Of a stretch of DNA of 64,000 nucleotides, positions 29,790-39,376 are shown one piece after another. Position numbers and translations under genes: made by a program. The stretch is from the NCBI GenBank assembly GCA_964566405.1, contig CAZMIN010000001.1, forward strand, positions 1,755 to 65,754. The letters run 5' to 3'. A model generated the notes under the pieces. The model made no database searches and was not told where the DNA came from. It worked only from the letters and a program-made list of their open reading frames with translations. This DNA is from Candidatus Woesearchaeota archaeon. Lineage in GTDB: Archaea > Nanobdellota > Nanobdellia > Pacearchaeales > GW2011-AR1. Each line of letters starts with the position of its first letter. The stretch's first letter is position 1.

Positions 29790-30627
29790 CTTTTTTCACT
29801 TTTCCCTTCTTCTCATCTATATCAACAATTGCAAATTTTCCCTTAGAACCCTCTCCAGGATTAATAACTAAGGATTTTCCTAGTTTCTTTTTTCCCTGAT
29901 ATTCCTCCATATGGCCGCACAATACTAGAAAAGGTTTCTTTTTGAGTACAGCTTTTCTAAAAAAATCAATCCCTGAACTCCCCCCATGAAAAGGATTCTT
30001 TTTATCCTTAATAATGTCAAATATTCCTTTAGGAGGATAGTGAAAAATAAAAATAGATTTTCTAGTTAATTTCCCCACAAGCGAATTCAATTTCCTTTCT
30101 GCTTTTTTATCCCTCTTATCGACCCTCTCTTGCCATTCTTTATCCCGAGATTTTGCATTAGCAGAAACATCCATATAACCCCCAAAACCCAAAAAAGAAA
30201 TTCCATCTCTGTTCATAACTTTATAATTCATTTCTTTAATATTTTTTATTTTCTTAAGAAAATTCAATCTACTTTTCTTTGCTTGAAGTATATTTTTGGC
30301 AAACGGATAATCATACCATTCGTCATCCCCATTCCCAAACACAAAAAATCCTGGTTTCCCTAAACCATTTAAAAAAGAAAGAGCCCTCTCCCCTGCCTTG
30401 AAATCTTTCTTAATTAGATTCTTCAATCCTTCTTTTCCAAAAAACTCCTCGGGGGATTTAGCTTTTTTTCTATCCTTAATCTTAAAAGTGTATCTTATAT
30501 AAGGATACCACTCATCAATTCCGGCATAATCACCAACACCAATTACAAAATCAAAATCTTGTTTAGGAACTTTTTTCTTAAGTTTTCCAATTTCTCCATG
30601 AATATCTCCAATAGCTAATATTTTCAT
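29773..30627 (-). CDS. Metallophosphoesterase, calcineurin-like
   Basis: GDIHG, GD, GNGD, HYPP, CGHMEE, NPG. Confidence 0.88.
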   Translation of the reverse strand: MKILAIGDIHGEIGKLKKKVPKQDFDFVIGVGDYAGIDEWYPYIRYTFKIKDRKKAKSPEEFFGKEGLKNLIKKDFKAGERALSFLNGLGKPGFFVFGNGDDEWYDYPFAKNILQAKKSRLNFLKKIKNIKEMNYKVMNRDGISFLGFGGYMDVSANAKSRDKEWQERVDKRDKKAERKLNSLVGKLTRKSIFIFHYPPKGIFDIIKDKKNPFHGGSSGIDFFRKAVLKKKPFLVLCGHMEEYQGKKKLGKSLVINPGEGSKGKFAIVDIDEKKGKVKKVKFVK

Positions 30628-30722
30628 AACAACCCTAAAGAAAAATCTTTTTTAAACTTAAGGCTTCCACCTGCGTTATCCTGGTAAAGCATAAATTTAA
30701 ATATAGATGTTACTATTTCAAA

Positions 30723-31382
30723 ATGACTAAAATGGAAGATATAGGTAAGATTAAAGTTGGTATCTTTGATTTAGATGGAACTCTGATAAATTCTAATGCA
30801 AAGGTTCGAAGGGATTTCATAGAAACAATGGCTAGATTAGGTGTTGATGTAACTCATGAAGAATCTCTTGAAAAATGGGAAAAAATATCGGAAAAACATG
30901 GTATTTCTGCAGACCAACTCTATAAGACTTTTGATGAAAGAAAAAGTTGGGAGCAGTCTCTCAAGGACGGTGAAGTTGAAATTTTCCCAGAAACCCATTC
31001 TATTTTAGATTATTTAAGGAGTAATGGGGTAGAGTTAGCCCTATTATCGAGATCTCTCCCAAAATACACTGATGTAAAATTAGATTATTTTGGTCTTAGA
31101 AGATATTTTGGTGCTATAGAAACAATTTCCCCTTCAGCCCCTTCAAAAATAAGGGGTGCAAGGACACTCATAGAAAAAATAAACCCTGAAAAGATAGGAC
31201 ATGCCTGGTTTGTGGGGGATAAGGAAGAGGATGTTTCTATTTCAAGAGATATTGAAAGAGAATTTGGTATAACATCTAATGGTATCTACGTCAATAGAAA
31301 TGGTGGAGAGCCAAAGTTTGAAAGAGGAAATTATCGTGTAATTAAATCTCTCGAGGATATTCCTGAAATTATGGGTGTATAA
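30723..31382 (+). CDS. HAD-superfamily hydrolase
   Basis: FDLDGTLINS, FVGDKEED. Confidence 0.9.
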   Translation: MTKMEDIGKIKVGIFDLDGTLINSNAKVRRDFIETMARLGVDVTHEESLEKWEKISEKHGISADQLYKTFDERKSWEQSLKDGEVEIFPETHSILDYLRSNGVELALLSRSLPKYTDVKLDYFGLRRYFGAIETISPSAPSKIRGARTLIEKINPEKIGHAWFVGDKEEDVSISRDIEREFGITSNGIYVNRNGGEPKFERGNYRVIKSLEDIPEIMGV

Positions 31383-32361
31383 AATGGATAAATATGAAGA
31401 TAAAATAAGAGAAGTTGTCAGAAAAGACTTTGATGCCAAAGTATTAGAAATAAAAAGAATAACAGAAGGTTATTCTCACTATATGTATGGGGTTAAGATA
31501 GATAAAAATCCCTTTGAAGTAATAATAAGATTTTCTAATAATACAGATAAGAGTGTGAGTCTATTAAAGGAAAAGTACGTCATGGATAGATTGAGAGAAA
31601 AGGACATACCTGTTCCAAAGATATACGCATTCTATCACCCTGAAGAGAAAAAAGAAGATGGTTATGTTATATTAGAAAAATTTAACGGTGAAAGGTTAGA
31701 TCTCGTATGGGATTCTCTTTCAAAAAAAGAAAAAATACAGATTACAAAAGAGTTAGGAAGACTCCTCTCAAAAATTCACGAGATAAAACTCCCACAATAC
31801 GGATTTATAGAAGAAGAGGGAAACATTGATTCAGAACTTGGTAAAGAGTTTAAATTTAGGAGGGAGGGTGAAAAAATAAATTACAGCCCTTTCTTGAGGC
31901 AAGTTTTAATACAGGGCTTAAAAGATTTTGCAAGACTTCTTTCATATAGGATAGTAAATCCAAAATTTGCGTCAGATTGGATGTTTTACTTGTCTACAAA
32001 TCTGCACAAAATAGAATTTAAAAAAGAACCAACTTTTATCCACGGAGATTTTATGACTGGACACATATTTGTTGAAAAAATTAATGGCGAATATAAAATA
32101 CGAGGTATAATTGACTTCGAATTTGCTCAATCAACCTCTCCAGAATATGATTTTATAAAACTTCATAGACAAGGTTTCTTCGAAGATGAAGAACTAAAAA
32201 AAGCTCTGAAAGAAGGTTATGGGGATATAAATGAGGAAGCTGTGGAGATGCATAGACTCATGAGAGATATTGGATTCGCACAAGTAGTACTGGATTCTGG
32301 AAATAAGGAATTGGCAGAAAAAACACTAAGGAGTATTGAAGAAAAAATAAAAAGAAAGTAA
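31375..32361 (+). CDS. Aminoglycoside phosphotransferase/choline kinase family protein
   Basis: IPVPKI, FIHGDF, IIDFE; start may be ATG 31384. Confidence 0.85.
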   Translation: MYKMDKYEDKIREVVRKDFDAKVLEIKRITEGYSHYMYGVKIDKNPFEVIIRFSNNTDKSVSLLKEKYVMDRLREKDIPVPKIYAFYHPEEKKEDGYVILEKFNGERLDLVWDSLSKKEKIQITKELGRLLSKIHEIKLPQYGFIEEEGNIDSELGKEFKFRREGEKINYSPFLRQVLIQGLKDFARLLSYRIVNPKFASDWMFYLSTNLHKIEFKKEPTFIHGDFMTGHIFVEKINGEYKIRGIIDFEFAQSTSPEYDFIKLHRQGFFEDEELKKALKEGYGDINEEAVEMHRLMRDIGFAQVVLDSGNKELAEKTLRSIEEKIKRK

Positions 32362-32378
32362 TCTATAAATTTTTAAAC

Positions 32379-33668
32379 TTAAGGATTCCACCTTAGCATC
32401 GTCCTTGGAAAAGGAATCGTATCCTTTATATTATCCAAACCACAAATCCATTGTAAAACTCTTTCAACACCAACCCCATATCCTGAATGAGGAACAGAGC
32501 CATATTTTCTGAGATCAAAATAAAACTGGTAATCGTTTGGATTTTCACCTTCTTTTTTCAATCTATCAGACATTTCCTTTACATCAAGACTTCTCTCGCT
32601 ACCACCCACAATCTCTGTACCATTAGGGGCAAGCATGTCAAAACAAAGCGCTTCATCAGATTTTTTAGGATCCTCAGGTTTGTAAAAAGCCATGACCTCT
32701 TTAGGATAATGCGTAACAACAACAGGAGTATCAAAATGTTTCATTAATTTCTCTTCTTCGATAGTTCTAAGGTCTTTTCCAAAAGCCACTTTCATTTTAT
32801 CCTTAGTTTTCAAAATTTCCAAAGCCCTACGGTATTTTATCGTGGGCCATTTCTTTCGGGCTATCTCCAAAATTTTCTTATAATCTATTCCCAGGTGCCT
32901 AAATTCTTCAGCACGTTCCTTCGCAGTCTTTTCTATACAATACTTTATCTCTTTCTTTGCAAATTCTGTTATTTCGTCCAATTTCCACCATGCAACTTCT
33001 GTTTCAGCCATCCAAAACTCCGAAAGATGTCTTGAAGTCTTTGATTTTTCTGCCCTAAACGTAGGACTAAAGTTATAAACTTTCTCAAGTGAAAAAATCG
33101 CTGCCTCTCCATACAACTGCCATGTTTGTGCTAGATACATTTTTTGATTATAATATTTTACTTCAAAAACAGTGCTCCCCCCCTCTGACTGTGTCGGTTG
33201 TAAAATCGGAGCATCAAATCTGTAAAAACCTTCTTTCTTAAAAAACTCCTCTCTCGCCTGAACATAACTGCTTCTAATTTTCAAGATAGCACTCATTTTT
33301 CGGCTCCTCAACCACAGATGTCTCCTGTCCCCTAAAAGCTCTTCATTCAAACTCTTCTGAATCGGAAACTCATCACTAGCTCCAACCGTTTTAAGTTTAC
33401 TGACGCTGATTTCATAATCCGTCGGTGCTCTCTTATCTTTTTTTATCATACCCTCAATTTCTAAAGAAGACTCTACCTTAAGAGAATCTATCTCTTTCCA
33501 TTGTTTTTTGAATTTTTCTTTCTTCAAAACACACTGAATAACTTCTGAAGAATCTCTCAAAACTATAAACTTAAACTCATTGCTCCCCCTCTCACGATAA
33601 ATCCATCCACGCACAGCTACTTTTCCGCTTCCTTTCTTCATTGCGTCAGATATTGATATGAATTTCAT
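32379..33668 (-). CDS. asnS: Asparaginyl-tRNA synthetase
   Basis: RHLWLRS, FRAEKSKTSRHLSEFW, EIVGGSER, YGSVPHSGYG. Confidence 0.93.
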   Translation of the reverse strand: MKFISISDAMKKGSGKVAVRGWIYRERGSNEFKFIVLRDSSEVIQCVLKKEKFKKQWKEIDSLKVESSLEIEGMIKKDKRAPTDYEISVSKLKTVGASDEFPIQKSLNEELLGDRRHLWLRSRKMSAILKIRSSYVQAREEFFKKEGFYRFDAPILQPTQSEGGSTVFEVKYYNQKMYLAQTWQLYGEAAIFSLEKVYNFSPTFRAEKSKTSRHLSEFWMAETEVAWWKLDEITEFAKKEIKYCIEKTAKERAEEFRHLGIDYKKILEIARKKWPTIKYRRALEILKTKDKMKVAFGKDLRTIEEEKLMKHFDTPVVVTHYPKEVMAFYKPEDPKKSDEALCFDMLAPNGTEIVGGSERSLDVKEMSDRLKKEGENPNDYQFYFDLRKYGSVPHSGYGVGVERVLQWICGLDNIKDTIPFPRTMLRWNP

Positions 33669-34972
33669 GGAGTCAACCTCCGCCTGTCTCTTGGAAGAAA
33701 AGTTGCTTCCCTAACATTTCCAAGATTTAACATTAACATCAAAAGCCTAGAAGGACTTAAAGCGCCTCCTGCGTGAGGGGGACAGCCATATCTAAAGAAA
33801 TCTATATAATACTGGACAGATCTGGGTTCCATACCTTTTTCTATAGCTTGTTTTTTTAAAATTTCTGGACGGTGTTCTCTCTGAGCACCTGTTGTAATCT
33901 CTACACCCTTCCAGATGAGATCAAAACTTTTCGTTAAATTAGGATTATCTTCCCTTCTCATATGATAAAAAGGCCTGACAGATATAGGATATTCTTTAAC
34001 AAAAACAAACTCGTGATTATATTTTTTCTTCATTATCTCAAAGAGTAATTTCTCTCCTTCTGCATCAAGGTCTTTTCCTACTGAAGATTTATATCCTTTT
34101 TTCCTTAACATTTCTAGAGCTTGTTTCATAGTAACCCTAGGAAAAGGAATTTTTGGAACAACAATATCAACTCCAAAAGTCTTCTTTATCTCCTTTCCAA
34201 ATTTAGCCTTTATTTTTTTCAAAAAATAAACTATCCATTCCTCTTCTATTTTCATAAAATCTTCTTCAGATTCTACAAAGGATACTTCCATATCAATCAT
34301 TGTGAACTCTGTGTCGTGTCTAGACGTATCTGAAGGGTTAGCCCTAAAAACAGGGGCCATTTCAAAAACTTTTTCAAAACCTGCGGCCATTGCCATCTGT
34401 TTATAAAACTGAGGGCTTTGTGCAAGATAGGCTTTCTTTCCAAAATAATCTACGCTAAAAAGCTCTGCTCCTGATTCGCTGGCAGAACCCATAAATTTTG
34501 GCGTATTTATCTGAATGAATCCATTTTTCAACCAGTATTCCCTCATAGCATCTTCCATATATGTCCAAATTTTAAAAATTAGAAGATGCTGTGGTTTTCT
34601 AAGATCAATCCACCTATAATCCAATCTTTTTGATAATTCTGTAGTAATTGTTTTTTCATTCACCTGTATGGGGAGATTTTCAGCTTTTGATAATACCTTT
34701 AAATCAGAAACTTCTACCTCTAAATCATGCCTGGCAAGTTCCGCCTTTACCTGGGCTTTTTTTACTTTCCCTTTTATTTCAACAACACTCTCCAGAGTAA
34801 GATTAGAAACTTCTTCCATCGGTTTTTTATCTTTGACAACACACTGAACAAGCCCTGAAGAATCTCTGAGCAAGAGAAATTTCATTTTTGAAAGGCCCCT
34901 AATCTCGTGAATCCAGCCCTTCAGAAAAACAGACTCACCTGCTTTTATATCTGAGACATAAGATCTTTTCAT
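33665..34972 (-). CDS. aspS: Aspartyl-tRNA synthetase, archaeal type
   Basis: RLDYRWIDLR, AYLAQSPQFYKQ, GAQREH, YGCPPHAG. Confidence 0.95.
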   Translation of the reverse strand: MKRSYVSDIKAGESVFLKGWIHEIRGLSKMKFLLLRDSSGLVQCVVKDKKPMEEVSNLTLESVVEIKGKVKKAQVKAELARHDLEVEVSDLKVLSKAENLPIQVNEKTITTELSKRLDYRWIDLRKPQHLLIFKIWTYMEDAMREYWLKNGFIQINTPKFMGSASESGAELFSVDYFGKKAYLAQSPQFYKQMAMAAGFEKVFEMAPVFRANPSDTSRHDTEFTMIDMEVSFVESEEDFMKIEEEWIVYFLKKIKAKFGKEIKKTFGVDIVVPKIPFPRVTMKQALEMLRKKGYKSSVGKDLDAEGEKLLFEIMKKKYNHEFVFVKEYPISVRPFYHMRREDNPNLTKSFDLIWKGVEITTGAQREHRPEILKKQAIEKGMEPRSVQYYIDFFRYGCPPHAGGALSPSRLLMLMLNLGNVREATFLPRDRRRLTP

Positions 34973-35012
34973 TATTTAAAAACAGAAAGCAGATTTATTA
35001 ATTTATTGATTA

Positions 35013-35756
35013 TCATTTTACAGATTTCCAAATCTCTCTAATATACTTACCTAAATTTCTAGCAACACTCTCTGACTTAATCAAAATTCCAATGACCTCT
35101 GGTTTCCAAGAAACAATGAAAACCATATCCTTAACCACATCTATATTTCCAGGGATAGGAAAATCAACAAACTTTGTGTTAAGGAATCTAGATTTTTTCA
35201 CAAACCAAGACTTCTTATACTCTTTATTCGCGATTCCCTTAGAGGTTGCTTTCTTAGAAATATGTTGGATGCTATGATAGAATAAATCAGATTTTTCTGC
35301 ATATTCCTTTTCATGTATATAGGAAAACCATATCACATCTTTCTTATTAGCGCCCTTTAACATCTTTTCATATGCTGATCTCAATCCCTTTAAACCAAGG
35401 AATACCTCTGCCTCTTGTTTAATCCCTGACTCTTGTAGTTTTTCCAAATCTGATAAAGCTTTTTTTAAAGATTCTCTCTGATTAGATATTTCTTTTTCTT
35501 TTTTATTTAGGTATTCGAGAAGATTAGAAGGCGGAGCTGCCTGAAAATATTTGGTCTTGCTCTTTATGACAAAACTGACAATTCCCTTATCCAACAAACG
35601 ATTAAGAATATCATAAATATTAGAGTATGCAACCTTAGATTTCTTAACTATGGGTCCAACGCTACTAGAGCCTAATTCAGATAAGGCCAAATACACCTTA
35701 GATTCACCTTCTGTTAACCCCACCTTCAACAACTCATAAAACTCCTTACTTACCAT
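35013..35756 (-). CDS. TrmB-family transcriptional regulator
   Basis: GLTEGESKVYLAL...SNIYDILNRLLDKGIV wHTH, coiled coil, effector-binding domain. Confidence 0.88.
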   Translation of the reverse strand: MVSKEFYELLKVGLTEGESKVYLALSELGSSSVGPIVKKSKVAYSNIYDILNRLLDKGIVSFVIKSKTKYFQAAPPSNLLEYLNKKEKEISNQRESLKKALSDLEKLQESGIKQEAEVFLGLKGLRSAYEKMLKGANKKDVIWFSYIHEKEYAEKSDLFYHSIQHISKKATSKGIANKEYKKSWFVKKSRFLNTKFVDFPIPGNIDVVKDMVFIVSWKPEVIGILIKSESVARNLGKYIREIWKSVK

Positions 35757-35800
35757 ACAAGATATCTATTAAATTTACTTTAAAAAACTTGCTATCACAC

Positions 35801-35814
35801 CCCCTGTACAGGGG
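35801..35814. promoter_or_regulatory. Perfect 14-bp palindrome CCCCTGTACAGGGG, putative TrmB operator
   Basis: GC-rich palindrome in an AT-rich divergent intergenic region, between TATA-like elements. Confidence 0.65.
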
Positions 35815-35873
35815 AGATAATTAATATAAAAAGAGACTTCCTAAAATTTTTATAATAAATACGGAGAAATAAA

Positions 35874-36011
35874 ATGCCCTTGTGTGGATTTGATAAACAG
35901 ATGCTAGACGGAATAGATTCCTTTCATAGAGGATTAATAGAGATTATTTTAGATAAAACTCCTAGTAAGAATGTTGATGGAAAAGAGTTTTTTATGGAGG
36001 ATTCAAAATAA
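35874..36011 (+). CDS. 45-aa MPxCGF-motif protein 1, not in ORF track
   Basis: MPLCGFDKQMLDGIDSFHRGLIEIILDK...; GGAG SD; paralog of the next gene's N-terminus. Confidence 0.75.
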   Translation: MPLCGFDKQMLDGIDSFHRGLIEIILDKTPSKNVDGKEFFMEDSK

Positions 36012-36012
36012 A

Positions 36013-36423
36013 ATGCCCTTTTGTGGATTTAATCAGAAAATGATTGGGGGTCTACACGGCTTTCAGAGTGGTTTAGTAGAACATGGTATTATTGCTCGTT
36101 CAAAGAAACAGGAACAATCTTTTGAAAAAACTATGAACAAAGAACTTAGCGATATGTCTCGTTTCATGAAGGAGATGCATAAAATAAAAGATCCGGAAGT
36201 AAGAGAATTAATCCAAGCTCTCACAAAATATGCTTGTGCGTTCTATAAGATTGTACAAAAGAATGGAATTAAGAATTATAAGGATACAATCAATTTTCTA
36301 AATAATTTTTATTTTGAGATGGACAACAAATATTATTCTGAATTAGAGGGTAATCCCAAAGATATGGAAAAATTAGTTCATTGGATAAATGAAGGAGGAC
36401 AAAATGCCACCAAGCGGATTTAG
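36013..36423 (+). CDS. 136-aa MPxCGF-motif protein 2
   Basis: MPFCGFNQKMIGGLHGFQSGLVEHG...; GGAGG at 35996-36000 supports start 36013. Confidence 0.8.
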   Translation: MPFCGFNQKMIGGLHGFQSGLVEHGIIARSKKQEQSFEKTMNKELSDMSRFMKEMHKIKDPEVRELIQALTKYACAFYKIVQKNGIKNYKDTINFLNNFYFEMDNKYYSELEGNPKDMEKLVHWINEGGQNATKRI

Positions 36424-36574
36424 TCAAAAAGCGATTAACGGACTCTTAATTTTCGTTGAGTCATGTTATGAAGATCTTCTTAAAGAAATCAAACAAGGAA
36501 AGAAAACAGAGAATCAGGCAATAAAGGAAGAATTAGAGAATATCAAGAGATATCTAACTAATTTTAAGATTTAA
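36404..36574 (+). CDS. 56-aa MPxSGF-motif protein 3
   Basis: MPPSGFSQKAINGLLIF...; GGAGG at 36394-36398 supports start 36404. Confidence 0.75.
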   Translation: MPPSGFSQKAINGLLIFVESCYEDLLKEIKQGKKTENQAIKEELENIKRYLTNFKI

Positions 36575-37991
36575 TATACTTTTTAATGATTTCTGAAGCT
36601 TCTCTTCCCGGAATCTTTCCCTTGAATTCCTTCATCACCAGACCCATATAGGCCTTCTCTGAAAGTCCTGGTTTTTCCTTGATCATCTTCCTGATTTTCT
36701 CCTCGACAACAGAAACATCTGCTTTCTTGGCCTTGAAACCTTTTCCTTCCACCATATTTTCCAGGACAGATTTAACATGGGATTCAGAAATCTTTCCTTT
36801 TTTAACAGAGAGTAAAACATCTGAAAATTTATCTTCCAGAATTTTTTCAACTTTTTCCAGATTCATCTTTTTACGCCTTGCAATATCCTTAGGGAAGATC
36901 AGAAGAATCTTCGCGATTAATTTCGGTTTCTCAATTATTTTTAATAACTCCTTAAATTCATCGAGTTTGTTCCGTTTAAACAATAAAGAAATCATCTCTT
37001 CATTCAGTCCTTCTCTTTCCAATTCTTCTTTAACGTCTTTCCTCGACTTAGGAAGATTTTTCTTAACCTCATTAATCATCTGTCTTGAAATTTTCAATAA
37101 AGGTAAATCTGTTTCAGGATACATCCTCGCAGCACCAGGCAACGGACGCAGGAATTTTGTTTTTCCGTCAGGCAAGACCATCCTAACTTCTGGAACACTC
37201 TTTCCTTCCTCTATTAAATCTGTCTGTCTTTCTACTTCGATTTTTATCGCTCTTTCAATATTCCTTATATCTTGGAATCCTTTCATCTCTATCCTCTCTC
37301 CTCCTTTGATAGATAGATTGACATCTTGTCTTATTGTTCCAAGTCCCCTCCTGACTTTTAGGGTCCTCAAAATATCTCCTAGATTCAGTGCAGCTTCTTT
37401 TGCCTGTTCAGGCGTCTTTATGTCTGCTGCCGTGGCAATCTCGACCAAAGGAATTCCCAATCTGTCTAACCTAAAAATTCCTTTCTCCCTATCTATTATC
37501 CTAGCAGCATCTTCTTCGAGACAAATTGTTTCAATCCCTATTCTCCCTTCTTCTGTTTCGATATAACCATCTCTCGCAATCAAAACAGTTCTCTGAAAAC
37601 CAGAGGTATTAGAACCATCTATGACTGTCTTTCTCATGATTTGCGTCATAGGGATAATCTTTGCGTTCAATAAAAAGGCTGTCTGAAGACCAATCTTAAG
37701 GGCCTCTGGATTTATCTCGTGTGGCGGCTCTTCGTCTAATTCCACCAGACAAGTTGTATCATATCCCTGATAGAGAAACTTCTTCCCAAGAGATGCCTGA
37801 TATACTGCAGCAACATCTACTTCTCCAGATTCTCCTGCAACAGCATGGAGTTTTCTCTCGACAATAAAATCCGGCTCGTCTTTTCTCAACAGAGAAGGAC
37901 AGTTGCAAAAGAGCTTTGAAGTATCCAATTGCTGATGAATCTCGAGCCCACATTTCAGACCGAGCTTTCCATAATCTAATTTCTCAGACAT
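36564..37991 (-). CDS. gatE: Glu-tRNA(Gln) amidotransferase subunit E, compact
   Basis: GLEIHQQL, MRKTVIDGSNTSGFQRT, RGLGTIRQDVN, RPLPGAARMYPETD. Confidence 0.95.
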   Translation of the reverse strand: MSEKLDYGKLGLKCGLEIHQQLDTSKLFCNCPSLLRKDEPDFIVERKLHAVAGESGEVDVAAVYQASLGKKFLYQGYDTTCLVELDEEPPHEINPEALKIGLQTAFLLNAKIIPMTQIMRKTVIDGSNTSGFQRTVLIARDGYIETEEGRIGIETICLEEDAARIIDREKGIFRLDRLGIPLVEIATAADIKTPEQAKEAALNLGDILRTLKVRRGLGTIRQDVNLSIKGGERIEMKGFQDIRNIERAIKIEVERQTDLIEEGKSVPEVRMVLPDGKTKFLRPLPGAARMYPETDLPLLKISRQMINEVKKNLPKSRKDVKEELEREGLNEEMISLLFKRNKLDEFKELLKIIEKPKLIAKILLIFPKDIARRKKMNLEKVEKILEDKFSDVLLSVKKGKISESHVKSVLENMVEGKGFKAKKADVSVVEEKIRKMIKEKPGLSEKAYMGLVMKEFKGKIPGREASEIIKKYIKS

Positions 37992-38025
37992 ATCAGAAAA
38001 AACCAAGAAGAGTTTATTAAATTGT

Positions 38026-38817
38026 CTATCTAATTGCACAAACAAGTTTATCTAAGGACGAATTTACCTTTCCAGCCATAAAAGTATAGAATAGTTTTTC
38101 TCCAGGAGTTACCAGGTCTTCATTCTCCCAGTTTTTATTTCTTTTCCAATCAACATCAGCTCCACGTAGTAATTGGTAATATGTTTCTCTTTCACCAGCT
38201 TCTATAATTGGAGGGGGCAATCCTGTAGAATCCAGTATTGCATCCTGCACAATTCTTGCAGTTCTACCATTTCCATCATAAAAAGGATGCATTCTAGAAG
38301 TATGATAATGGATATAAATTGCAAGCTCCAATAAATCTCCCGGATTCTTAGAGACTCTTTCTCTTACAGCAGATTCAAAATTTGGTATTTCTTTTGTAAT
38401 TAATTTAGCGGGATAAGGGGGTGTTACACTGGAACCACTGATGGTGGTGCCCATGTCTCTATAAGGAGCCATATCTCCTTCATAAACTCCAGGGAAAATT
38501 CTTCCATTGACTCCTCTTAAAAAAGATGCGTCAAAATTCCCTAAGTCAAGGTTTTCGCAAGCCCACCTAAAGGCACGCCGTAAATTTATTACACCTTTTC
38601 TTATAGATTTTTTATGTCCGTTTTTAGGAACAGAATAAGGAACAATCGTATGGGGGTGTTCCATTTTAAAAGAATGAACTTGTGCCATTTTTTGTAAAGC
38701 CTTTCTTTCCAACTTTTCTGATTTAAGGGTTCTCTCATAGGCATCTTCAACACGGACAAACATAGCTTTGTCTATAATTTCCTGCACAAGAGATTCTGGT
38801 ATATATTCCATTATCAA
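38026..38817 (-). CDS. Fic-domain protein
   Basis: Canonical HPFYDGNGRTAR motif. Confidence 0.9.
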   Translation of the reverse strand: MIMEYIPESLVQEIIDKAMFVRVEDAYERTLKSEKLERKALQKMAQVHSFKMEHPHTIVPYSVPKNGHKKSIRKGVINLRRAFRWACENLDLGNFDASFLRGVNGRIFPGVYEGDMAPYRDMGTTISGSSVTPPYPAKLITKEIPNFESAVRERVSKNPGDLLELAIYIHYHTSRMHPFYDGNGRTARIVQDAILDSTGLPPPIIEAGERETYYQLLRGADVDWKRNKNWENEDLVTPGEKLFYTFMAGKVNSSLDKLVCAIR

Positions 38818-38926
38818 TTAACTTAGAATCAATATTTAAACCTTTCTAATTGTAACCCCTTCATAGTCACAAAAGAATATTTCAGTAACTGCTAAGATTT
38901 ATAATGATTGGTTTATTACCAACATA

Positions 38927-39376
38927 ATGCCCGAAGAGAATAAAAAAGAGAATAAAATTAGTGGTGAAATACAAAAAATGGGGGACAAGATGATACCCTT
39001 TAAACTAGGTCGTCCACCGTTCAAGTTGCCAAGAACATTTGGAGAAAAAGCTTCAGACTGGCTTACAAAATGGGTCGGTAGCTGGACCTTCATAATCGCT
39101 CTCGCTATTTTAATGCTCGTCTGGATCTCTGTGAATACCACCTGGTTATTATTTGGAAGAGAATGGGATCCTTATCCATTCATACTCTTAAATTTTGTCC
39201 TATCTACGCTGGCAGCAATACAGGCACCAATTATCCTTATGTCTCAAAACAGAACAGGGCAAAAAGACAGGGCAAGAGCAGAATATGATTATGCTGTAAA
39301 CAGAAAAGCTGAAAAAGAAATAAGAGAAATCAAAATCCAATTAGAGGAAATAGCAAAAAGATTGGGAAAACAATAA
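38927..39376 (+). CDS. DUF1003 membrane protein
   Basis: GSWTFI, DPYPFILLNFVLS, QAPIILMSQNR. Confidence 0.9.
   Translation: MPEENKKENKISGEIQKMGDKMIPFKLGRPPFKLPRTFGEKASDWLTKWVGSWTFIIALAILMLVWISVNTTWLLFGREWDPYPFILLNFVLSTLAAIQAPIILMSQNRTGQKDRARAEYDYAVNRKAEKEIREIKIQLEEIAKRLGKQ

Noticed and set aside
36679..37566. 295-aa plus-strand ORF
   Set aside because: Antisense shadow of gatE; Ser/Phe/Leu-rich composition expected from the reverse complement.
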